DNA of 64,000 nucleotides from Mycobacteriales bacterium (GTDB lineage Bacteria; Actinomycetota; Actinomycetes; Mycobacteriales; QHCA01): NCBI GenBank assembly GCA_038276285.1, contig JBBPZR010000045.1, positions 6,570 to 70,569 of the forward strand, read 5' to 3'. Shown piece by piece: positions 8,761 to 16,579 of this stretch (position 1 is its first letter; each line of letters starts with the position of its first letter). The notes under the pieces were generated by a model. It saw only the letters and a program-made list of their open reading frames with translations, ran no database searches and was not told where the DNA came from. The position numbers and the translations under genes were made by a program.

Positions 8761-10206
8761 GGCGCACCTGGGCTGACATCGGTCAGCGAAATGTGCCACT
8801 CGCTGGACCCGGGAAGCTGGTAGCGCTCCAGCACCCTGAACTGGCTGCCCGGCGGGAAGAGAACCTCGGCCTCCGAGGTGGGTGACGCCGAAACGTCCTG
8901 GACCAACTTGCCGGTCTTGGAGTAGATGCTGAACCAGACGTTGCCCCCGCCGTACGGTCTGACGACGTCGGTGCCGACGAACGCCGTCTCTTGAACGATC
9001 TTGCCGACCTCATACTTGGCAAGCACTCGATCGAGGTTGTTCGCCCGAGGTGGCAATCTGCCTCATCACCGGGCCCTCGTAGTTCGGCAGCTTGTTGAGG
9101 CCTGAGGTGATCGCCCGGATCTGGGCGTCCTGTGCGGCGAGAGCGGCCGGCTCACCCTCGCGGAGCGCGGTGTTGATGGCTTGAGAGTCGCCGAAGGTGT
9201 AGCCACGGATGGCGACCTGCTCCTCGATCGACAGCAGGTCACCGAGCCCGGAGTCAGAGTTGGCGTTCAGGCTCCGTACCCAACCCTCGTAGAACTCGAA
9301 ACGCGGATAGCTGCCGCGGAATGCGGCCAGGTCGGCTTCCGTCGCACGGAAGGCCGCATTGCCGAGGTAGTCATCGGCCGCGCGGGCGACGGCCCGAATG
9401 TCCGCGGCCGACGACGCGACGGTTTCGAGCTCGCTGACAGCTGGCTCAACGACGGTGGCGGCGGCTGGCTCGATGACGGCGACGTCGCCAGCCACCCGCT
9501 CAAGTTCGGCGGCCATCCGGCCGGCCCGCAGGGCTCTCAGGCCGGCGCCGGCTCCGCCTAACAATCCGCCGCCGATCCCGCCGACGATCGCCCAGTCCTT
9601 GGCTTCGTCGAGGGAGAAGCCGCCGTCGTGGAAACCCCAGACCCGGATCGGCTGGGCCACGGCGATGTCGAGCACGAACCCCTCGAGCGCGCCCATGGCA
9701 GCGCCCACGAGCACCGTGGTGACGATGCCGGCCACGGCGGCGGCCACGGTGCCCTCCACCACCAGTCCGGCCTCGACGAGGGCGGCGGTGGTCGCCGCGG
9801 CGGCCGCGTCGGAGATGCCGAAGGTGAAGAAGGCCAGGGCGGTGCCGGCGATCAGGGTGGCGCCGATGGTGACCGCCAACTCCTCGATCTTGCGCTTGGC
9901 CTGGTGCACCACCTCGGCGTACTGCCGCAGCGCGGCGGCCATCTGCCGGCTGGCGTTCGCTGTGGTGCTCAGATAGCCCTGGCCGTCCCCGCCGTACTTG
10001 TCCCACAACTCGGCGAACGCGTCGACGGCCACCCCGCTGTTGGTGGCCTTGAGGTGTTGGGCGGCGGCTAGGCCCGTGGCGCAGACGCGGTCGATCTCGG
10101 TGGCCAGCCGGTCCCAGGCGGCGGCGGCCTGCTTGAACTGGCCCTCGTCGGCATCGGGCCACCACAGGCCGACCTTGGCGATGACCTGCTGCGCGACGTC
10201 GGTCAT
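8757..10206 (-). pseudogene. Polymorphic toxin: WXG100/CpnT-like N-terminal domain, hydrophobic linker, C-terminal ADP-ribosyltransferase; frameshifted
   Basis: ORFs 9010..10206 and 8757..9056 join after a 1-nt shift near 9040-9056. N-terminus: GLWWPDADEGQFKQAAAAWDRLA. ART signatures appear in order: AIRGYTFGDSQAINTALREG, PVMRQ, ETAFVGTD, SEAEVLFPPGSQFRV (ExE). Confidence 0.8.
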
Positions 10207-10364
10207 CGGCGCTCCAGCGGATGTGCGTCAACCAGGTGCCCCATGGACACGCACCCTCCTCCCGGCAGCCGGTACAGAATGGCACAAGCCGGTACGGAGC
10301 AAAGCGGCTGTCAGGTGACGGCTTGTGCCCGAGCATTCCGAGGTGACCGCCTACTCTCGGTCGC

Positions 10365-10829
10365 GTGCTTCTTGCCACCGCCGACGACACTCGAGAGCTC
10401 GGGCGTCAACTCGCTGACCTGCTCCAGGCCGGCGATCTGGTCCTGCTCACCGGCGAGCTCGGAGCCGGCAAGACGGTGCTGGCGCAGGGCATCGGAGCCG
10501 GGCTGGGCGTGCGCGAACGAGTGACCTCACCGACGTTCGTCATCGCCCGGGTGCACCTGGGCGGGCGGCTTCCGCTGGTGCATGTCGACGCCTACCGGCT
10601 GGGTGGCATCGCCGAGGTGGACGATCTTGATCTGGACACGGCCCTGTCCGACGCGGTCCTGGTCGTGGAGTGGGGCGGTGGACTCCTCGAGCGACTCACC
10701 GATGCTTACCTTGAGATCAGGCTGGACCGCACCGCCGACGACGAGACACGGCGCGCCGAGCTGGTCGCGGCCGGCGGCACCTGGGCGCAGCGTGCGGAAG
10801 CGCTGCTGACATTGGCCGACGGGGGCTGA
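10365..10829 (+). CDS. tsaE: tRNA t6A37 biosynthesis ATPase TsaE
   Basis: 154 aa. Walker-A-like LTGELGAGKT and SPTFV motif. Confidence 0.9.
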   Translation: MLLATADDTRELGRQLADLLQAGDLVLLTGELGAGKTVLAQGIGAGLGVRERVTSPTFVIARVHLGGRLPLVHVDAYRLGGIAEVDDLDLDTALSDAVLVVEWGGGLLERLTDAYLEIRLDRTADDETRRAELVAAGGTWAQRAEALLTLADGG

Positions 10830-10879
10830 GGTCAAGCCACCGCGACCGGCTCGGGGGGCGCGCGGTTACGCTCGGCGCT

Positions 10880-11545
10880 GTGCTGGTGCTGGTGGTCGAC
10901 ACCTCGGCCCCGGCCGTCACGGCCGCCGTCGCGCGCGTCGGTCATGGCGGTGCGTCGCAGCTGGCTGAGCGGGTCGTCCTCGACGGGCGGCGGCACGCCG
11001 AGTTGCTGGCCCCCATGATCGAGGCGGTCCTGAGCGTGGCGGCCGTTACACCCGGCGAACTCGGCGCGGTCGTCGCCGGCGTCGGACCTGGCCCGTACAC
11101 CGGCCTGCGGGTCGGCCTCATGACCGCCGCTGCGTTCGCCGACGCGCTCGGCCTGCCGACGTACGCCGTGTGCTCCCTCGATGCCATCGCAGCGGGCGCG
11201 CCGCCGACCTCCGGGCTGGTCCTCGTGGCCACCGACGCGCGCCGCCACGAGGTCTACTGGGCCACCTACGACGTCGGTGGCCGGCGGATCGCCGGCCCAG
11301 CGGTGAACCGTCCCGCCGATGTCCCCACCCGAGGGTGCGCGCTGGCCTGTGGCGCGGGGGCGGCGCTCTACGCGGACGTGTTCGGGCTCCCGGCAACTGA
11401 GCCGGCCCACCCTCCGTCGAGCGCCCTGGCCGCCCTGGCTGCTGTCCGGGCCCTCGCCGATTCTCCCGCCGAGCGGCTCGCACCGCTGTACCTGCGCCGG
11501 CCGGATGCCGTCGAGCCGGGTCCAGCAAAGACCGTGCTGTCGTGA
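10880..11545 (+). CDS. tsaB: tRNA t6A37 biosynthesis protein TsaB
   Basis: 221 aa. N-terminus MLVLVVDTSAPAV and GPGPYTGLRVG motif. Lies between tsaE and rimI. Confidence 0.9.
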   Translation: MLVLVVDTSAPAVTAAVARVGHGGASQLAERVVLDGRRHAELLAPMIEAVLSVAAVTPGELGAVVAGVGPGPYTGLRVGLMTAAAFADALGLPTYAVCSLDAIAAGAPPTSGLVLVATDARRHEVYWATYDVGGRRIAGPAVNRPADVPTRGCALACGAGAALYADVFGLPATEPAHPPSSALAALAAVRALADSPAERLAPLYLRRPDAVEPGPAKTVLS

Positions 11546-11564
11546 TCGGACTGTCGTGATCGGA
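11537..11564. repeat. Perfect 14-bp tandem duplication (CTGTCGTGATCGGA x2) at the tsaB/rimI junction
   Basis: Read directly: 11537-11550 is identical to 11551-11564. The tsaB stop lies in copy 1 and the in-frame rimI GTG lies in copy 2. Confidence 0.95.
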
Positions 11565-12062
11565 CTGCAGCCGATGCGCTGGTGGCAGATCGAGTCCGTC
11601 ATGGGCATCGAGAGTGATCTGTTCGCCGGCGACCAGTGGTCGGCCGCGATGTTCTGGTCGGAGCTCGCCGAGCGCGCCACCCGGCACTACCTGGTGGCCA
11701 CCGGCAGTCTGGCCACCGACGCCGAAGCCGACGCGGCGATAGTCGGATACGCCGGACTGTGCGTGTACGGCTCTGAGGCCTATATCCAGACCGTGGGCGT
11801 GCGCCGCGACCGACAGCGGACGGGTGTGGGTCGTGCCCTGTTGCTCGCTCTGCTCGCTGAGGGTGACCGGCGGGCGGTGCGGACGGTGGCGCTGGAGGTG
11901 CGGGCCGACAACGTCGCCGCGCAGCGGCTCTACGCCAACCACGGCTTCGAGCCGGTGGGCCTGCGGCGCGGTTACTACCAGCCGAGCGGTGCCGACGCGG
12001 TGGTCATGCTGCGGCGGATCCCGGCCGCCGTGCCTGATTATCGTCGGCGGGCTGGTGGCTGA
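11556..12062 (+). CDS. rimI: Ribosomal-protein-alanine N-acetyltransferase
   Basis: GNAT fold with [19 protein letters not shown] acetyl-CoA motif. Start set to the in-frame GTG at 11556 (ATG at 11574 is an alternative). The ORF track opens earlier, at 11319. Confidence 0.85.
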   Translation: MIGLQPMRWWQIESVMGIESDLFAGDQWSAAMFWSELAERATRHYLVATGSLATDAEADAAIVGYAGLCVYGSEAYIQTVGVRRDRQRTGVGRALLLALLAEGDRRAVRTVALEVRADNVAAQRLYANHGFEPVGLRRGYYQPSGADAVVMLRRIPAAVPDYRRRAGG

Positions 12063-12066
12063 GCGC

Positions 12067-13107
12067 ATGAGGACAGATCTGCCGCTGGTGTTGGGCATCG
12101 AGACGTCGTGCGACGAGACCGGCGTCGGCGTCGTCCGCGGCAGCGCTCTGCTGGCCGATGCCGTGGCGTCCAGTGTGGACAGTCATGCCCGCTTCGGGGG
12201 TGTGGTGCCCGAGATCGCCGCGCGGGCGCACCTCGAGGCGATGGTGCCGATGGTCGGCCGGGCGTTTGACGAGGCCGGCGTCCGGTGGTCCGACATCGAC
12301 GCGATCGCGGTCACTGCCGGCCCGGGCCTCGCCGGGGCGCTGCTGGTCGGCGTGGCAGCTGCCAAGGCGTACTCCCTCGCTTTGGACAAGCCGTTGTACG
12401 CCGTGAATCACCTAGCCGCACATATCGCCGTGGACACCCTGGAGCACGGCCCGCTGCCCGAGCCGTGCCTTGCCCTGTTGGCCTCCGGCGGGCACTCGTC
12501 GCTGCTCCTCGTGGAGTCCGTCACCGATGCCATCGTCCCGCTCGGGGCCACCATCGACGATGCCGCTGGTGAGGCATTCGACAAGGTGGCCCGTCTGCTC
12601 GGCCTGCCGTTCCCCGGTGGGCCGCACATCGACCGGGCCGCCCGCGAGGGTGACCGGCACTCGCTGGCCTTTCCGCGCGGGCTGACCGGGCCGCGCGACG
12701 CGCCGTACGACTTCTCCTTCTCCGGTCTCAAGACGGCGGTGGCTCGCTGGGTTGAGGCCAGGCGGCGTGCTGGAGAGGCGGTGCCGGTGTCCGACGTCGC
12801 CGCGTCCTTCCAGGAGGCGGTCGTCGACGTGCTCACCGCCAAGGCGGTCGCCGCCTGCCGGGAGCACGGGGTGGACAGCCTGCTCATCGGCGGCGGGGTG
12901 GCGGCGAACTCCCGGCTGCGAGCACTGGCGGCGCAGCGCTGCGATGCGGCCGGGTTGCGGCTACGGGTTCCGCGGGCTGATCTGTGCACGGACAACGGCG
13001 CGATGGTCGCGGCACTGGGTTCGCTCCTGGTCTCCGACGGCTTGCCGCCCTCAGCTCTCGATGTGGGCGCCACGTCGACCATGCCGGTCACCCGCGTGCT
13101 GTGCTGA
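12067..13107 (+). CDS. tsaD: tRNA N6-adenosine threonylcarbamoyltransferase
   Basis: [24 protein letters not shown]-terminus; HLEAM/GGHS motifs. Confidence 0.93.
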   Translation: MRTDLPLVLGIETSCDETGVGVVRGSALLADAVASSVDSHARFGGVVPEIAARAHLEAMVPMVGRAFDEAGVRWSDIDAIAVTAGPGLAGALLVGVAAAKAYSLALDKPLYAVNHLAAHIAVDTLEHGPLPEPCLALLASGGHSSLLLVESVTDAIVPLGATIDDAAGEAFDKVARLLGLPFPGGPHIDRAAREGDRHSLAFPRGLTGPRDAPYDFSFSGLKTAVARWVEARRRAGEAVPVSDVAASFQEAVVDVLTAKAVAACREHGVDSLLIGGGVAANSRLRALAAQRCDAAGLRLRVPRADLCTDNGAMVAALGSLLVSDGLPPSALDVGATSTMPVTRVLC

Positions 13108-14093
13108 TCGGCCTGCCGCTGCTGGCGGTCGCGGCCGCCTTGCTCGTCGGCGGTGCCGAGTTGTTCGTCGAGTCGGCGGCGGCCGCCGCGCGCCGCCTCG
13201 GGCTCACCGTCGTCGCGCTCAGCCTGCTCCTGGCCGGTGCCGAGCCGGAGGAACTCGTTACGGCGATGTATGCCGCCGGCCGGCACCACCCGGGGCTGGC
13301 GGCCGGGGACGCGATCGGCGCCAACGTCACGATGCTCACTCTCGCGCTGGGGCTCGCGGCGGCGGTCGCGCCGCTGCCGATCAGCCGTCGGGTGCGCCGG
13401 TACGCGGTCGGCGCGGCTGCCGCGGGTGCCTTGGCTGCGGTCGCACTCATCGACGGTCGGGTGTCGCGGCCCGAAGGGGGCGTGCTGCTGACCTGTTACG
13501 CCGGCCTGGTGGCGCTGGTCTGGCGCCTGGAGAAGGCACCGCCGGCGATCGGAGAGCTGGCCGAGATCGAGGCCGAGGCCGACGTCGAGACCGACACTGA
13601 GACCGACACTGAGACCGATACCCAGCCCGGGGCCAACAGCGCGACCGGCACCGGGAACCAGGCTCGGGCCCTGCTCGGGGTTTTCGGAGGGCTGCTCCTG
13701 ATGGGAGGCGGCGGCGTCTTGGCCGTGACCGGCGCGGCTCGGGTGGTCGTAGACCTGGGTCGCAGCGATGACGCGATCGGGCTAACCCTGCTGGCGCTGG
13801 CCACAACCGCGGAACTTTTCGCGCTGGTGTTCGCCGCGGCCCGTCGGGGGGTTCCGGAGGTTGCGGTCGCGGGAGTCGTCGGCTCGGCCGCCTACAACGC
13901 GACCGCAACGCTAGGCGCCGCCGCTCTGGTGCGCCCACTGGCCAGCGTTCATGTCCTGCCTCCGGCGATCCTCGCCGCGGTGCTCCCACTCGCCCTCGTG
14001 GCGCTGACAGCGCGACGGGGCCGTCTAGGCCGGGTCCTGGGCGTCGTGCTGGTCGCCGGTTATCTCACCTTCGCCGGCTACAGCCTGCGTTGA
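13101..14093 (+). CDS. Ca2+/Na+ antiporter (CaCA family) membrane protein
   Basis: Two hydrophobic halves with alpha-repeat-like [11 protein letters not shown] and [11 protein letters not shown]. The central acidic loop contains a TDTE repeat. The GTG start overlaps the tsaD end. Confidence 0.7.
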   Translation: MLIGLPLLAVAAALLVGGAELFVESAAAAARRLGLTVVALSLLLAGAEPEELVTAMYAAGRHHPGLAAGDAIGANVTMLTLALGLAAAVAPLPISRRVRRYAVGAAAAGALAAVALIDGRVSRPEGGVLLTCYAGLVALVWRLEKAPPAIGELAEIEAEADVETDTETDTETDTQPGANSATGTGNQARALLGVFGGLLLMGGGGVLAVTGAARVVVDLGRSDDAIGLTLLALATTAELFALVFAAARRGVPEVAVAGVVGSAAYNATATLGAAALVRPLASVHVLPPAILAAVLPLALVALTARRGRLGRVLGVVLVAGYLTFAGYSLR

Positions 14094-14123
14094 GCGAGGA
14101 CCGGCTCCGGCAGCCGTCAGCCG

Positions 14124-14444
14124 TCAGCCCGCGCCGTTGACCCTGAACGACTCCGCCTTGGCTTGATCATTGGACTGGTGGTTGTCGGCCATGGCCTCGA
14201 GGCCGCCCTGGATGCTGATGACCCCCTCGCTGAGCCTCGCCACCGCTGCCCCGATCGACGCCTGGTTGGGGTCGTACTTCGCGGCCAACTGCCTTCCCTG
14301 CTTGTCGTCGCCGCACATGCCGCTCAGGCCGCTGAGTGCGGAGTCGAGATCGTTCAGCGCCCGGCTCAGCGTCGCGCCGAGCTCTCCGAAGACCTTGGCT
14401 TCGGTACGAAGCTCGTCCGGCTGCACCTGGAAGCCATCTGCCAC
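14124..14444 (-). CDS. Small helical EspC/DUF2580-like (WXG100-superfamily-like) secretion-associated protein
   Basis: 106 aa. Pattern FQVQPDELRTEAKVF...LSGLSGMCGDDKQG...AAKYDP...GGLEAMADNHQ is typical of small type VII secretion-associated helical hairpins. It lies directly downstream of toxin 2. Confidence 0.6.
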   Translation of the reverse strand: MADGFQVQPDELRTEAKVFGELGATLSRALNDLDSALSGLSGMCGDDKQGRQLAAKYDPNQASIGAAVARLSEGVISIQGGLEAMADNHQSNDQAKAESFRVNGAG

Positions 14445-14538
14445 TTCTCGTCCTCCGTCTCAGGGATCGGCACGAATGATCGAATAGCTGGGTGCACCCG
14501 GCATAGCCCGCGATCGGCTCAGGCGCCAGCCGGCATCG

Positions 14539-15669
14539 TCACAGCCGCAGGTCCTGGTCGAAAAGCTCGAGCGCTGTCAGGGCATCCTGGTCGAACAACC
14601 GGGGGCGGCGGCAGGCCGTTCTCGGCGAAGAACTCGATCTCTCGGCCGTGCTCGAGCAGCACCGAACTGTCCTGGCCGAAGTTGCGAATCGCCGCGAAGT
14701 CCGGTCCCGACGGTCCGGATGCCAGGACGTCGTACGGATTTGCCATGCGCGAGCAGCTCGGTGACTTCCTGCCCGCGTACGGGGAACAACTCGATGCCGG
14801 TATGCCCGCCGGCCACGATCACCCGTTCGCCCGACTCCAGCCGGACGAGCGCGTGCTCGCGATTGGACGCGAAGGTGCGAAAGTGCAGCTCGTCGAAAAT
14901 GGCCCGATCGGCCTCGGTCGGGGCCACTGACCGGACGAGGGCCGCCGGCGCGGTCTCGGCGGCGGGTAGCCGGGCGAGCCGGAGTGCGCGTAGACCGCCG
15001 GTGCCGAGGCCGAAGACGCCGCCGACGATCGCGCCGCCGACCGCAACGTCCTTAGCCTCGTCCATAGAGAAGCCGCCCTCGCCATAGCCCCAGACCCGGA
15101 TCGGCTGGGCGACCGCAACGTCGACCGCGAACCCTTCCACCGCGCCGAAGGCGGCGCCGACAAGGCCGCCCGCCACGATCATCGCAACCGTCGCCGACAA
15201 CTCGAGCCCGATCGCCTCGGCGGCGGCAATCAGCGTGGCCGTGGTAGCAGCGGCCGCCGCCTCCGCGATGCCAAAGGTGAAGAAGGCCAGAGCGGTACCG
15301 GCCGCGAGGGTGGCGCTGATGGTGACGGCCAAACTGCTCGAGGCGGCGCTTGGCGGCGTGCACCTCATCAGCGAATCGGTGCAGCGCAGCAGCCATGCCG
15401 CGACATGCTTCGGCGGTGACCGGCAGGTGCCCCCTGGCCCGGCCGTCGTCGTAGTAGGCCCAGAAGCCCGCGACCGCCCCCACCGCCATGCCGGAGTTGG
15501 CCGCGGTGACAGCCCCCACGGCAGCGGTGCCGCCAGCCGCTATCCGATCCAACTCGCCGCTGATTGCTTCCCATGCCGCGGCGGCCTTCTTGAGCCTGCC
15601 CTCGTCGGCGTCGGGCCACCACAGGCCGAATCGTGCGATAACCCGCTGCGTCAGGTCCGGCCCGCTCAC
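14539..15669 (-). pseudogene. Polymorphic toxin paralog 2: same N-terminal and hydrophobic modules as toxin 1, unrecognised C-terminal domain; at least 3 frameshifts
   Basis: The reading frame moves through ORFs 15052..15669, 14577..15368 and 14519..14746, and then into a third frame that ends in LFDQDALTALELFDQDLRL* at 14539. Shifts occur at about 15335 (TTT run), about 14747 and about 14600 (C/G run). N-terminus: FGLWWPDADEGRLKKAAAAWEAI. Confidence 0.7.
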
Positions 15670-15681
15670 GGCCGAGCCTCG

Positions 15682-16155
15682 CTACCGGGCAACAACGGTC
15701 TCGATCCGCCGGATCAGCCGGTCGAGAACGTCGCCACCCCATTTCCCTGACCGCTCGGTTTCGCGGAGCGCACCGAGCAAGTCAACTCTCCCGGCCCAGG
15801 CAGGCAGGCAATGCAGGTGCGACTCGAACCAGTCGTAACGTGCGATGGGTTCGTCGGGCCGATCGGAGAGGGGTCCGAGCGCGAAGTAGTCGGCCGGGTC
15901 GTCGAGTGGCCGGGCGCAGATTGCACAGACCTTCGCCCGATCTGTCCGTCGCAGGTAGTCCTCCAGTTTGGCCAGCGCCCGCTGTGCGTAGGGACGGGTC
16001 AGCAGGCAGTCGCGGTGTACCGCCGCGTCGCTGACCTCGAACGTGCTGTCGAGCCGATTGAGGAAGATCGGCGGAAACGCCACGGCGTCGTCGTCGGCGT
16101 GCAGGACCGCAGAGCACAGCGGACACTCGGTGCGGCCGGCGATGAGGATAGCCAT
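15682..16155 (-). CDS. Cysteine-rich (CxxC...CxxC) hypothetical protein, co-oriented 12 nt upstream of toxin 2
   Basis: 157-aa intact ORF with CPLC and CAIC pairs plus conserved-looking His/Cys (HLHC). No family recognised. Confidence 0.65.
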   Translation of the reverse strand: MAILIAGRTECPLCSAVLHADDDAVAFPPIFLNRLDSTFEVSDAAVHRDCLLTRPYAQRALAKLEDYLRRTDRAKVCAICARPLDDPADYFALGPLSDRPDEPIARYDWFESHLHCLPAWAGRVDLLGALRETERSGKWGGDVLDRLIRRIETVVAR

Positions 16156-16237
16156 GGTTCACCCCCTGCTTCCGTCGGATATCGGGGGTGCATGATGGCA
16201 CACACTCTTCCGGCCGACGATCGCCTAGGAGGCACCC

Positions 16238-16570
16238 ATGATGCCCGACGACGCCGAGTGGCAAATCCGCCAGCGGCTGGCGCAGGCAGCGGAGTTGAAG
16301 GAGCGCTTGCAGCGGATCAGCGGCCAGTGGACCTCGCCGGATCGCACGGTCACCGTGCGGGTCGGCCCGACTGGTGTGCCGGTTGGTCTGACCATCAACA
16401 ACGACGGCCTCGACCTGGGCGGTCGCCGGCTGGCCGAGGTGATCTTGGAAGGCTTTCGCAAGGCGGGGCAGCAGGCGGGTGAGCAGGCGCGTAAGGCGGT
16501 CACGGACACGGTCGGGGACACGATCGACATCGGCGCCCTGCTACCGGGCCAGCCCAACTGGGGGCGCTGA
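16238..16570 (+). CDS. YbaB/EbfC-like protein
   Basis: 110 aa. N-terminal helix followed by TVTVRVGPTGVPVGLTINNDGLDLGGRRLAEVILEGFRKA, the YbaB tetra-beta/helix pattern. AGGAGG Shine-Dalgarno sequence before the ATG. Confidence 0.65.
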   Translation: MMPDDAEWQIRQRLAQAAELKERLQRISGQWTSPDRTVTVRVGPTGVPVGLTINNDGLDLGGRRLAEVILEGFRKAGQQAGEQARKAVTDTVGDTIDIGALLPGQPNWGR

Positions 16571-16579
16571 TCCGATCCC

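Noticed and set aside
14539-14918. JAB/MPN-like metalloprotease reading of the toxin-2 C-domain (E...AH..NP.......PSGPD resembles E...HxH...S..D).
   Set aside because: The second His of the HxH motif is not present in any frame I could reconstruct, and the region spans a frameshift. The resemblance is too loose to claim.
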